This document shows, one piece after another, positions 48,801-56,268 of a stretch of DNA of 64,000 nt; the stretch's first letter is position 1; every line of letters begins with the position of its first letter. The position numbers and the translations under genes were made by a program. The notes under the pieces were generated by a model. That model was not told the origin of the DNA. It saw nothing but the letters and a program-made list of their open reading frames with translations, and made no database searches. Source of the DNA: Akkermansia sp. GTDB taxonomy: Bacteria > Verrucomicrobiota > Verrucomicrobiia > Limisphaerales > SIBH01. Location: assembly GCA_043758205.1 (NCBI GenBank), contig JAYVNY010000191.1, positions 21,581 to 85,580 of the forward strand. The letters run 5' to 3'.

Positions 48801-48874
48801 GCCCAAGCGCGACGCACCAAAGCCGGGGCGGTGTTGGTGGCATGTCGTTTGGGATTTTGGCCTTCGGATTTCAT
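45827..48874 (-). CDS. Secreted c-type cytochrome (PSCyt1-like) - WD40 - long coiled coil - WD40 protein
   Basis: FEREILPILNNNCLACHNQTKAKGALILE...MPP (CxxCH). There are multiple WD-like blades on both sides of a ~220-aa Ala/Lys/Glu/Thr-rich helical region. Confidence 0.9.
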   Translation of the reverse strand: MKSEGQNPKRHATNTAPALVRRAWACLHHSSFVIPHFPFLASAIFGFLCLAPAHAADPAATKSIPIAKIKHAGPVDFEREILPILNNNCLACHNQTKAKGALILETPQTILKGGDGGAAVVPKKPAESLLLKAAAHLDPELIMPPADNKVAASALTPEELGLVQLWIEQGAKGEVRPVAPIVWRPLPAGLNSIYAVALTRDGQFAACGRGNQIFIYHLPTGKLAARLNDPQLQKSSNAGAAHRDTINSLAFSPDGEVLASGGYRDVKLWRRAKPATKFKLPAGHDVLAASYDAKWVATVSTNGELRLLDAGGKIVKSVATGVRISSLKFVPGSRQLVLARSNLLQLVSVPSLGTNGALQLPDEIAALACLGTNQFAVAGADGAVRILRAATNGGALAIEKEFKSPTPITLLEASPAGTNLLLAGSADGSVRVWDIATSKAIFEARHDGGLIALALRPDGKVFATAGGNSAKLWRIGMTNPVAELKGDSAAAFLLADRERELIFAKSEMDFRQAALQTAETNRANAVTRQQKAADTNAALAKILGEKREALTNALTAQRVAEKALDELGPEIKKLTEAIQSAEKESTNATALAKAAKDDKDKVAKLTTEAEEKSMTLTNARAALEKVPAEDRKKHKETTEKLTAATKTVKDAEKAVEKAAPPQSFAEHELALAAAAVKKSESTLSEARTALTGTETALTQASKTLNTAKQSLATTERAVRAVTFSADGSQLITAGDDGVARLWHGDTGAAIASLPTGVAIKRLALLGETVVSSGANGGAGIVPADNWTLERALGNNSPLLPLADRVNALRFTPDGQHLLTGGGEPTRGGEIKLWRVKDGTLVRDFPNVHSDSVLALDISADGRLIASGAADRMARTVELGTGKILKTFEGHTHHVMGIAWKRDGRTLITTGADNVAKVWDATTGERKKNLEGFGKEVTAAAFIGVSDEVVLVSADGQVALLKDKGDKVRAFAGAGEFVNAVAASADGRIVLGGGADGVLRAWDGKGGKLLAEFPPR

Positions 48875-48905
48875 TCGTTATTCGTCATTCGTCATTCGGC
48901 ATTTC
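48765..48905. repeat. Inverted blocks of a GAATGAC heptamer tandem repeat bracketing the start codon of 45827..48874
   Basis: GAAATGAGGAATGACGAATGACGAATGATGAAGG at 48765-48797. TCATTCGTTATTCGTCATTCGTCATTCGGCATTTC at 48871-48905. The core is an 18-nt perfect complement, and the ATG (48872-48874) lies inside one arm. Confidence 0.6.
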
Positions 48906-48909
48906 AAAC

Positions 48910-51153
48910 TCATTTCGCCGGGGTGTTGGTTTTCGCCGCCGCCGTGACATTGAGCACGATGGGCGTCGAGTAGAGGGTGAAGGTCGCGTCCTTGCCGGGC
49001 GATTTTTTCCCCGGCTTGTCCGCCTTCATCGGCTTGCCAGTCGCCAGGCTCTGCAAGGCGAAGCTGTAACGGCCGGGCGCGAGTTTCTGCGCGCCGAGTT
49101 CGATTTCATAGACCGCGTTCGTCGCCTTGGGATCGAGGGTAAATTCCTTGGCCGACTCCAGCGCCGGGAGGCCCACCGGCTTGAGCTTCAGCGTGGCGGT
49201 GAATTCTCCATCGCGGATGACGCGCAGCGGGAGCTTGAGCTTGCCGCCCGCCACGGCCTCGACGGCTTGCCCCTCGGCGACTTCGATCCGCAAAGGCCCG
49301 GCTTCATCCATTACGCTCACTGAGGCATTGGCGTTGACGCGCGAGAACAAGGCTTCGGTCGCCGGATCGCCCACGCCCCAGACCAGGTTCGCCGACCGGG
49401 CCTCGCGCAGCAGATTCGTTCCGCCCACGCTGGCCGTGCCGCGAAATGTGAACGTCCCCGCAACCGCCGGCACATCTTCCGCCGCGTGCAGAAAGAGGAG
49501 CGTCGAATTCTGCCCCGCCTCGATCCGCGTCGGCGTGGCGGCAATTCCTTTGGGCAGATTCTCGACCGACAACTCGATGGATCCGTCGAAACCGTCGCGG
49601 CGCAGGGCGAGCACCTTGAACGGCTGCGTCTCACCGCGTCGCAAAGTCGCCGCGCTCACGACGAGGTTCTTCGCGTCTTTGTTCGCCGGCAACGGCGTGG
49701 CCGGGAAGGCGACGAGCCGGAAGTCGGGTGCAGCGGTGCGAATGACAAGTTGATAGGCGAGCGCCGGACGGCCCGATGGCTGGTTGAACAGGTCGCGGAC
49801 TTGCAGCAGGTAGGTGCCATCCTCCTTCACTTCAAACTTCCCCACCGGATCACGGTGCGTGGTGTTGAACTCCACGCCGCCGATGTTCGCCGGGCTGTCG
49901 TTCAACTCCAGCACCTCAGTTGCGCCGTTCGTGCCGGCGCGTTGCACGACCACGAACGGATCAGTCGGCCCTCCGAGCCGGTGGGAAATGACTTCGATCC
50001 AGAAGACCTCGCCCTTCTTCGCCGTGAGGCTGAACCAGTCGCGGTCGCCATTCGCGGAGAACGTGCCTGCGACTTCGCACGGTGCGGTCAGCACTTGCGC
50101 TGTCGCGGGCCAATGGTTCGACTCGCGCTCGGTGATGACCGGTGCGGCGGGGAACCGCAGCACCGCGCCATCTGAAAGGCCGCTGGCCTGGCGCACCCGA
50201 TACTCGAACAGGTCCAAGCCGGCTTGCGCGGGCATGGTCGAGAACGCCTTCGTCACGCCGGGCGAGTTGGGAGTCAATTCCACTTCGAGGCGTTCCAGCG
50301 CGGGATTCGCTTTCGCATCGATCACCTGGCCCTCGGGAAGATTTCTGCCGAACACGGCAAACTTCGTCCTGCCGTCCGCGCCGCCCGCCAGCGGGAGCAG
50401 ATAATCAATGTGCGGAAAAGTCCCAACGGAGAGGCGGTAAAAAAACTCCGGCCCGCCGCGATACGTGAGGTCATGCAGCCGCAGCGTGAACTCGCCGTCC
50501 GCAGCCGGCGAGAAATCCAGCAAACCACTGCGGCGGCTGCGGGCCACTTCGCGGCCTGCGCCGTCGTGCAGTTCCAGCACCGGCTCCAGCTTCGAGTCGA
50601 GTTGGCGCGCGTCGCAGCGCGCCAGTACGCGCTGGCCCTGACGCGCGGAGAAGCGGAAGGAACCGACGCCGCCCGCCTCGGTGCGCCCGTTCACCGTGCT
50701 CTCCAGCGGAATGGCCTGGGGCAGGCCGCTGCTGTTCTTCGTCTCGGCGATTTCTTTCCGCACGCCGATGGCGAAGGCGCGCGGATTCGACAAGCCGAAC
50801 TTCCCGAGCGCACGCGCGTCATAAATCCCCGGCGGCACCTCGGCGGCAATGGTGACCTCGAAGCGATTGGACTGCGGCTGGCCGGCCGTGATGCCGGGGT
50901 GTGAGAACTGAAGTTCCTTCAACTCATCCAGGTCGGTGCCGCCGACCGTGACCTCGACGACGCTGCCGATTTTTCCGCCGGTTGGTGAAAGGTGGAGCAA
51001 CCGCGCCGAGGGCAGTTGCCCGGAGACAGACGGCGCCCAATTGAAAACGAGCACGACGGACAGCCCGAGATAGGAAGCGACGCCCCGGCCAAGGCGGTTC
51101 CTCCGGCGCGACCCGGGGTTGCCTGATGACTTTTGGAATGTGCCATGCACCAC
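48910..51153 (-). CDS. Secreted protein with two pre-peptidase C-terminal (PPC)-like domains and Ig-like modules
   Basis: 747 aa. PPC-like stretches: GVGSFRFSARQGQRVLARCDA..LEPVLELHD..GEFTLRLHDLTYRGGPEFFYRLSV and NGDRDWFSLTAKKGEVFWIEV...DGTYLLQVRDL...AYQLVI. Confidence 0.7.
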   Translation of the reverse strand: MVHGTFQKSSGNPGSRRRNRLGRGVASYLGLSVVLVFNWAPSVSGQLPSARLLHLSPTGGKIGSVVEVTVGGTDLDELKELQFSHPGITAGQPQSNRFEVTIAAEVPPGIYDARALGKFGLSNPRAFAIGVRKEIAETKNSSGLPQAIPLESTVNGRTEAGGVGSFRFSARQGQRVLARCDARQLDSKLEPVLELHDGAGREVARSRRSGLLDFSPAADGEFTLRLHDLTYRGGPEFFYRLSVGTFPHIDYLLPLAGGADGRTKFAVFGRNLPEGQVIDAKANPALERLEVELTPNSPGVTKAFSTMPAQAGLDLFEYRVRQASGLSDGAVLRFPAAPVITERESNHWPATAQVLTAPCEVAGTFSANGDRDWFSLTAKKGEVFWIEVISHRLGGPTDPFVVVQRAGTNGATEVLELNDSPANIGGVEFNTTHRDPVGKFEVKEDGTYLLQVRDLFNQPSGRPALAYQLVIRTAAPDFRLVAFPATPLPANKDAKNLVVSAATLRRGETQPFKVLALRRDGFDGSIELSVENLPKGIAATPTRIEAGQNSTLLFLHAAEDVPAVAGTFTFRGTASVGGTNLLREARSANLVWGVGDPATEALFSRVNANASVSVMDEAGPLRIEVAEGQAVEAVAGGKLKLPLRVIRDGEFTATLKLKPVGLPALESAKEFTLDPKATNAVYEIELGAQKLAPGRYSFALQSLATGKPMKADKPGKKSPGKDATFTLYSTPIVLNVTAAAKTNTPAK

Positions 51154-51162
51154 GAAATTATT

Positions 51163-51480
51163 TTAGCCGAGGCGCTCCGCCCACTCGCCAGACAATTCCT
51201 TGATTTCTTCCGCCAGCCGGCGCGCCTCCCTCTCCAGCACGAGCGCCCGCTCTGCCGCCAGTTCGTCCAGCATGCCTGGCTTCCGCTCGCTCAACTGGCA
51301 AAGTTGGTAGTCAGGACTCTCCCGCAGCCGGTTCAGCGCTTCGATGACGTTGATGATTTCCCGTTGCAGCGTCTCATGCAGCCGCTCTTCTCCCTCTCTG
51401 CATTTGGCGTGGGGGCCAAGGTGAGGTGAACGGATTTGCGCTTGCTGCAAGTGTGGGAACGTGCCAATTACCCGCAGCAA
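51163..51480 (-). CDS. Hypothetical small helical protein
   Basis: ORF with good third-position GC bias, ending ...MLDELAAERALVLEREARRLAEEIKELSGEWAERLG. It stops 9 nt before the next gene. The start codon is unclear (TTG in the track). Confidence 0.35.
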   Translation of the reverse strand: MLRVIGTFPHLQQAQIRSPHLGPHAKCREGEERLHETLQREIINVIEALNRLRESPDYQLCQLSERKPGMLDELAAERALVLEREARRLAEEIKELSGEWAERLG

Positions 51481-51505
51481 TCAACTCGTCGAAAGGCATC
51501 TGCGC

Positions 51506-52720
51506 ATGAAAAAAATCACTCTCAAACTCAGCGGCATCCTGGCGCTCTTCTGCTTTGCACTCACGGCAGGAGCTGCCGCGCCAGTCGTTACCAACGTCGT
51601 CGCTTCGCAGCGCAGCGGAACGAAGCTTATCGACATCCGCTATAACGTGTTCGATGCGGACGGCGACCTGCTGAAAATTCGCATCGAGATTTCACACAAC
51701 GGCGGCAGCAATTATTCGGTGCCGGCCATCACGTTAAGCGGCGACGTGGGCAACAACATCACGCCGGGCACCAACAAGCTCATCGTGTGGAACGCCGCCG
51801 TGGATTGGGACGGCGAATACTCGCCGATGATGCGCGTGAAGGTGATTGCCAGCGACAGTCGCGGCTATCCGGGACTGCAGTGGGGCCAGGAAGTGCCGCC
51901 CGGCGGTTTTCTCCTCGGTCAGGACGGCGGCGCTGAAGGAGTTGGTCCCGCGAAGCATGTGAACATTCCGTATTCTTTCTGGCTCAGTAAGTTTGAGATT
52001 ACAGTGGGGCAATACGCGGACTTTTTGAACACTGCTCTTGTGGCGGGTGAAGTGACGCGCACTGGAAATTCGATCACGGCAAACAACGGTTTCTTCATCG
52101 GTATCCCCGCCACAACGCTCATCTACAATCTCGGAACTGACCTTCAATGGAACTTGAACAAGATTGACGTGCTGCAAGGCAAAACAAATTTGCCGGTGGT
52201 TCTCAACTGGTACGGCGCTATCGCCTTCGCGCAGCATTATGGTTACGACCTTCCGACGGATGCCGAATGGGAAAAAGCCGCTCGCGGTGCTGATCATGAC
52301 GGTCTTGGCGAACACCAAATTTATCCGTGGGGCAACGCAATAAACGGAGGCGACGCGAACTACAGTGGCAGCGGAGATACTTACGAGAACACAACGGCTC
52401 GGACACCTGTTGGATACTACAACGGCACGCAGGTTCCGTTCGGCCCGGATAGAGCAAACGGCTATAGTCTTTATGACATCGCTGGAAATGTCGCTGAATG
52501 GACACGCACGACATACACGGCGAGCGACTCCTATCCGTCCACTGAGTCACCCACAAACCCTCTGCATGCTCTTACACCGGCAGTCACGCGCTCTGTTCGC
52601 GGTGGTGGGTGGGCAAACAGTCCAAACGAAACTGCATTCAAATGCTATAGTCGCGACGGGGGCGGCCAGAGTTATCAGAGCGGCTATTGGGGTTTTCGTG
52701 TCGCCCGTCGTTCACCTTAA
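51506..52720 (+). CDS. Secreted FGE-sulfatase (SUMF1/formylglycine-generating-enzyme-like) domain protein
   Basis: ATG at 51506 (MKKITLKLSGILALFCFALTAGAA). N-terminal beta-sandwich, then YDLPTDAEWEKAARG...YPWGN...GYSLYDIAGNVAEWT...VRGGGWA...GFRVARR. Confidence 0.9.
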   Translation: MKKITLKLSGILALFCFALTAGAAAPVVTNVVASQRSGTKLIDIRYNVFDADGDLLKIRIEISHNGGSNYSVPAITLSGDVGNNITPGTNKLIVWNAAVDWDGEYSPMMRVKVIASDSRGYPGLQWGQEVPPGGFLLGQDGGAEGVGPAKHVNIPYSFWLSKFEITVGQYADFLNTALVAGEVTRTGNSITANNGFFIGIPATTLIYNLGTDLQWNLNKIDVLQGKTNLPVVLNWYGAIAFAQHYGYDLPTDAEWEKAARGADHDGLGEHQIYPWGNAINGGDANYSGSGDTYENTTARTPVGYYNGTQVPFGPDRANGYSLYDIAGNVAEWTRTTYTASDSYPSTESPTNPLHALTPAVTRSVRGGGWANSPNETAFKCYSRDGGGQSYQSGYWGFRVARRSP

Positions 52721-52740
52721 TTCGACTTCCGTCTCTTCAC

Positions 52741-54324
52741 TTGAAGAGCATTTTTTCATTCTTTTCGTGGACTGCGGCACTGCTTATTGGGTTGCTTGCC
52801 GGGATGGCACGCGCCGACCCCGAACCGTACGCTGAGTCCGCTCCCTTCGTTGTGAATACCAGCACGCCGCAACTTGACAGTGACGGTGACGGAATGCCGG
52901 ACAGCTACGAAATCGCGGTTGGACTCAACCCCTTCTTCAATGACGCCAACGCCGATCCTGATGGCGATGGTTTGACCAACCTCCAGGAATACAACGCCGG
53001 GACGAGTCCGTTCGCGCCCGACTTGCCACAACTCTCGCAGGGCGTTTCCGCCATCTTCAGTGTCAACACGCGCATCATCATCCTCGACAGCGATGGCGAC
53101 GGAATGCCTGACGACTGGGAAATTGCCCACGGACTCGATCCCTTTCGCAACGACGCCAACGAAGACCCGGACGGAGACGGATTGACGAACTTGCAGGAAT
53201 ACAACGGCGGCACGAGTCCGCTGTCGAACGATTCGCCCGCCACGAGCACGGGAGTCTCCGCGCTGTTCACGGTCAACACGGCGATTTATCCGTTCTCCCT
53301 GACCGCAGACACGGACGGCGATGGAATGCCGGATTGGTGGGAACAAAAGTATGGCTTGAACCCGCTCGTGAACGACGCCAGCGGAGATGCGGATGGTGAC
53401 GGCGTTTCCAATCTTGGGGAGTATCAACAAGGACGCAATCCAGCGGCGAACGAATCACTTACCGAGGTCGCGGCAGTCTCAGCGGCCTTCACGCTGAACA
53501 CTCTCGAAGCGAGAGTGGATACAGACGGCGACGGCATTCCTGATTCCTGGGAAATCGCGCACGGCTCTGATCCATTTCGCAACGATGCGAACGAAGACCC
53601 CGACGGCGATGGGCGGACCAATCTCGAAGAGTACAACGCTGGCACAGATCCGCTGGTGAATGATTGGCGCGGGCCGTCGTCCGCAGTGTCGCCACTGTTC
53701 CTCGCTGATACCGGCGGCTTCACCGTCTCGCGCACACAAGACACGGATGGCGATGGAATGCCGGACTGGTGGGAAATCCAATACAGACTGAACCCGATCT
53801 TGAATGACGCGGCTGGTGATGCGGACGGCGACGGCATTTCAAATGTCAGTGAATACAATTCCGGCAGCAATCCCATCGTCCAAGATCGTCCGCCCGTGAT
53901 CGGCATCTCCGGCATTTTCCTCGTGGACACCGGCGGTCGCTCCTTCGATTCGGATAGTGATGGGTTGCCGGACTGGTGGGAGAAACTCTACTTCAACGAT
54001 CCGCGTGCTGCCAACCCACTCACTGACACGGATGGCGATGGCCAATCGAACTACGAAGAATTTATCGCTGGCAGCAACCCGCTCGACGCAAGTTCCACTT
54101 TTCGCATCGCGGGCTATCAAGCCCTGCGCCAAACCAACGGAACGCAAATCGTGATTCACTGGGCAAGTTTCGAGGGAAACACCTATTCACTTTGGAGCGC
54201 ATCTGTCGTGCAAGGTCCGTATTCGATGGTCGCGACGAACATCGTCGCCACGCCGCCGTTCAACGCGGTAACGAATGTGGCGGGACCCAGCAACAAATTC
54301 CTCCGAATCGGTGTTGCGCGTTAA
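52741..54324 (+). CDS. Secreted thrombospondin type-3-like calcium-binding repeat protein
   Basis: Six ~70-aa units, each D(S/T)DGDG(M/I/L)PD.WE...NP..NDA..D.DGDG..N..EY. The TTG at 52741 gives the signal peptide MKSIFSFFSWTAALLIGLLAGMARA. The track start at 52687 overlaps the previous gene. Confidence 0.85.
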   Translation: MKSIFSFFSWTAALLIGLLAGMARADPEPYAESAPFVVNTSTPQLDSDGDGMPDSYEIAVGLNPFFNDANADPDGDGLTNLQEYNAGTSPFAPDLPQLSQGVSAIFSVNTRIIILDSDGDGMPDDWEIAHGLDPFRNDANEDPDGDGLTNLQEYNGGTSPLSNDSPATSTGVSALFTVNTAIYPFSLTADTDGDGMPDWWEQKYGLNPLVNDASGDADGDGVSNLGEYQQGRNPAANESLTEVAAVSAAFTLNTLEARVDTDGDGIPDSWEIAHGSDPFRNDANEDPDGDGRTNLEEYNAGTDPLVNDWRGPSSAVSPLFLADTGGFTVSRTQDTDGDGMPDWWEIQYRLNPILNDAAGDADGDGISNVSEYNSGSNPIVQDRPPVIGISGIFLVDTGGRSFDSDSDGLPDWWEKLYFNDPRAANPLTDTDGDGQSNYEEFIAGSNPLDASSTFRIAGYQALRQTNGTQIVIHWASFEGNTYSLWSASVVQGPYSMVATNIVATPPFNAVTNVAGPSNKFLRIGVAR

Positions 54325-54340
54325 TTCATCCCAGCGCCTG

Positions 54341-54410
54341 CAAAATCTCCTGTCCCGCCCGGCGTGCTGGCGCGGCGGGCCGGCTGGCCGCTCGGTGCCC
54401 GTTGTGCCCC
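54341..54410. repeat. Dispersed intergenic repeat, copy A (core only)
   Basis: CAAAATCTCCTGTCCCGCCCGGCGTGCTGGCGCGGCGGGCCGGCTGGCCGCTCGGTGCCCGTTGTGCC. It aligns with copies at 54983 and 55677. Confidence 0.6.
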
Positions 54411-54429
54411 TTCGCACCCGCGCTGGCCA

Positions 54430-54747
54430 TCAATCCAACCCCAGCCAGATTTTCACTTTTTCTTCCACGGCTTTCAGTTGGGCGGGATTCAACACCGCGC
54501 GACGGCGGATGAGTTTTACGGCGGGGACGGTGTAGAGGCTTTGCGCGTCGAAGCCGCCTTCGTCGAGGCCGGAGACGCGCAGCGGCACTTCGTAACGGGA
54601 ACCGCGCAAGGCGGTGGTGTAATAGACAACGGCGATCAGAACCCGGTCTTCGTCCGCGATGTCGCAGCCGAGCACAAGGGCGGGGCGGACCTTGGCGGCC
54701 ATCCCGAAATCGATCTGCCAGACTTCACCGCGCCTTGCGTTTGGCAT
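54430..54747 (-). CDS. mazF: MazF/PemK-family type II toxin (endoribonuclease)
   Basis: ATG at 54747: MPNARRGEVWQIDFGMAAKVRPALVLG...VLIAVVYYTTALRGSRYEVPL, the typical PemK pattern. Confidence 0.85.
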   Translation of the reverse strand: MPNARRGEVWQIDFGMAAKVRPALVLGCDIADEDRVLIAVVYYTTALRGSRYEVPLRVSGLDEGGFDAQSLYTVPAVKLIRRRAVLNPAQLKAVEEKVKIWLGLD

Positions 54748-54919
54748 ACTCGGCTTCCCGCTTGTCGAGGGCGCGGGCACCATCAGTCGCGAGTTGCATC
54801 AACTCGTCATCGTTCAGGCGATCATCAACCACTTGCGTTTGCAGCCAGCGAACCAGCTTGATCTTCTGACGATCCGGCAGGCGGGTGCAGGCTTGTTTGA
54901 TTTCGGCCACCGTGCTCAT
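54725..54919 (-). CDS. Putative antitoxin of the MazF-like toxin
   Basis: 64-aa ORF from the ATG at 54919 (MSTVAEIKQACTRLPDRQKIKLVRWLQ...). It overlaps the toxin start. The call rests on position and size only. Confidence 0.5.
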   Translation of the reverse strand: MSTVAEIKQACTRLPDRQKIKLVRWLQTQVVDDRLNDDELMQLATDGARALDKREAEYAKRKAR

Positions 54920-54982
54920 GGGCGGAAAATTAGGCGGCCTGAGTTTCTGCGTCAATCTCGTGGTCACGCCGCATCATCCCAA

Positions 54983-55127
54983 GCGACGGAAACGCGCCGG
55001 CCCAGCGGCGGCAAAATCTCCAGTCCCGCCCAGCGTGCTGGCGCGGCGTGCCGGCTGGCCGCTCCCCGCCCGTTGCGCAGGAAGTCCCACCTCACCCCGG
55101 CCCTCTCCCCCAGCGGAGAGGGAGAAG
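54983..55127. repeat. Dispersed intergenic repeat, copy B (head + core + palindromic tail)
   Basis: GCGACGGAAACGCGCCGGCCCAGCGGCGGCAAAATCTCCAGTCCCGCCC...CGTTGCGC, followed by CCCACCTCACCCCGGCCCTCTCCCCCAGCGGAGAGGGAGAAG. Confidence 0.6.
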
Positions 55128-55153
55128 CCTTGCGCCGCGCAGATTTGCCACGG

Positions 55154-55372
55154 TCAGCGGAAATCGTCCGCGTCCAAACCGCTGCCTTTGATGATGCTCT
55201 TGAGGGTGCCGATGGGGATGGGCTTGCTGCCGTGCTGCGCGACGATGACCTGTCGCCCGTCGGAGTGACGCCATTTTTGGTGGCTGCCGCGTTGATCCAC
55301 CAGAACAAATCCGTGGCGGCGCAACACCCTGACCACTTCATGGGCGTTGCAAACTGGGAAGTGCCGGCTCAA
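55154..55372 (-). CDS. hicA: HicA-family type II toxin
   Basis: 72 aa: HEVVRVLRRHGFVLVDQRGSHQKWRH..GRQVIVAQHGSKPIPIGTLKSIIKGSGL. Confidence 0.9.
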   Translation of the reverse strand: MSRHFPVCNAHEVVRVLRRHGFVLVDQRGSHQKWRHSDGRQVIVAQHGSKPIPIGTLKSIIKGSGLDADDFR

Positions 55373-55572
55373 GGCAGAGCCAGTTCGATTAGGCGGGAAT
55401 TCTTGCGGAGCTTGACCGGCGAAGGTTCAAACCAGAGCGCCAGCGCCTCTTTGGCGTTGAGGATGGCTTCCGCTTCCGTGTCGCCTGCCGTACTGCAACC
55501 CGGCAGTTCGGGGAACACCGCCGACCATCGCTTCGTCCGCGCATCCAATTCGATCAGCAACCGGAATTTCAT
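55369..55572 (-). CDS. hicB: HicB-family antitoxin (UPF0150-like)
   Basis: ATG at 55572: MKFRLLIELDARTKRWSAVFPELPGCSTAGDTEAEAILNAKEALALWFE. There is a 4-nt overlap with hicA. The long track ORF 55369..56115 reads through repeat DNA and was trimmed. Confidence 0.8.
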   Translation of the reverse strand: MKFRLLIELDARTKRWSAVFPELPGCSTAGDTEAEAILNAKEALALWFEPSPVKLRKNSRLIELALP

Positions 55573-55676
55573 GTTCTGAAAATAGTGCGGCGGCCAACGG
55601 TTGCCAATCATGTTTGTGCCGTAGTTAAATTTGGTTCCCATCTCGCACGGCGCGGCGCTCTGGCGTTTCGTTTCAT

Positions 55677-55952
55677 GCGACGGAACGCGCCGGCCCAGCG
55701 GCGGCAAAATCTCCTGTCCCGCCCGGCGTGTTGGCACGGCGTGCCGGCTGGACGCTCCGTGCCCGTTGCGCCCGCGTGGTGGGGCCAGTCTCGGCACGAA
55801 TCTTTGCCCGGAGATTTGGGGCGGACGGAGATTAAAACTGTCATCCCCGTCCGCCCCAAATCCACGGGACACTGCCGGGCTGGTGAAAAAGTTCCGGTTG
55901 CGCGCGAAGCCCACCTCACCCCGGCCCTCTCCCCCAGCGGAGAGGGAGAAGT
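55677..55952. repeat. Dispersed intergenic repeat, copy C (as copy B but with a ~130-nt insertion carrying a 16-bp perfect hairpin)
   Basis: The head and core are nearly identical to copy B, and the tail CCCACCTCACCCCGGCCCTCTCCCCCAGCGGAGAGGGAGAAG is at 55910-55952. The insertion contains GATTTGGGGCGGACGG...CCGTCCGCCCCAAATC (55813-55862). Confidence 0.6.
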
Positions 55953-56025
55953 TTATGCGCGGCGCGGGCGATTCGTGATTCATCGGCGTCTTGTCAGCCC
56001 CATTGCGCCAGCGTATTCTTCGGCC

Positions 56026-56268
56026 ATGAAAAGCAGCCACGCCTCCGCGCCGGTTCCGCCGGAAAAGCTCAAGCCCGTCCTGCACGAAAAGATCGAGCGC
56101 ATGAACGGCGAGCAACTGGCGTTACTAGACCGCGTGTTGCTGCAACTCGAAGCCGAGCAGGCCGCCGACCGATTGAGCGAAGCTTTCGATGCGGATCACG
56201 CGCAGGGCAAGCTGCGGCGCGTGGCGGAGTTGGTGCGGCAGTTCCGGGCTGAACACCGCTACGCATGA
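56026..56268 (+). CDS. Putative antitoxin of the PIN-domain toxin
   Basis: 80-aa ORF from the ATG at 56026 (MKSSHASAPVPPEKLKPVLHEKIERMNGEQLALLDRVLLQLE...). It has an ATGA overlap with the PIN gene. The call rests on position only. Confidence 0.5.
   Translation: MKSSHASAPVPPEKLKPVLHEKIERMNGEQLALLDRVLLQLEAEQAADRLSEAFDADHAQGKLRRVAELVRQFRAEHRYA

Noticed and set aside
52870-54060. Regularly spaced ~210-nt repeats that could superficially look like an array
   Set aside because: They lie inside one long ORF and encode TSP3-like calcium-binding units. There is no short direct repeat/spacer organisation and no cas genes, so this is not a CRISPR.
55729-55746. TTGGCACGGCGTGCC inside repeat copy C resembling a -24 sigma54 element. 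Similar TGGCAC strings occur at 63330-63350 and upstream of 25550
   Set aside because: The GG-to-GC spacing is off by 1-2 nt relative to the strict sigma54 geometry.
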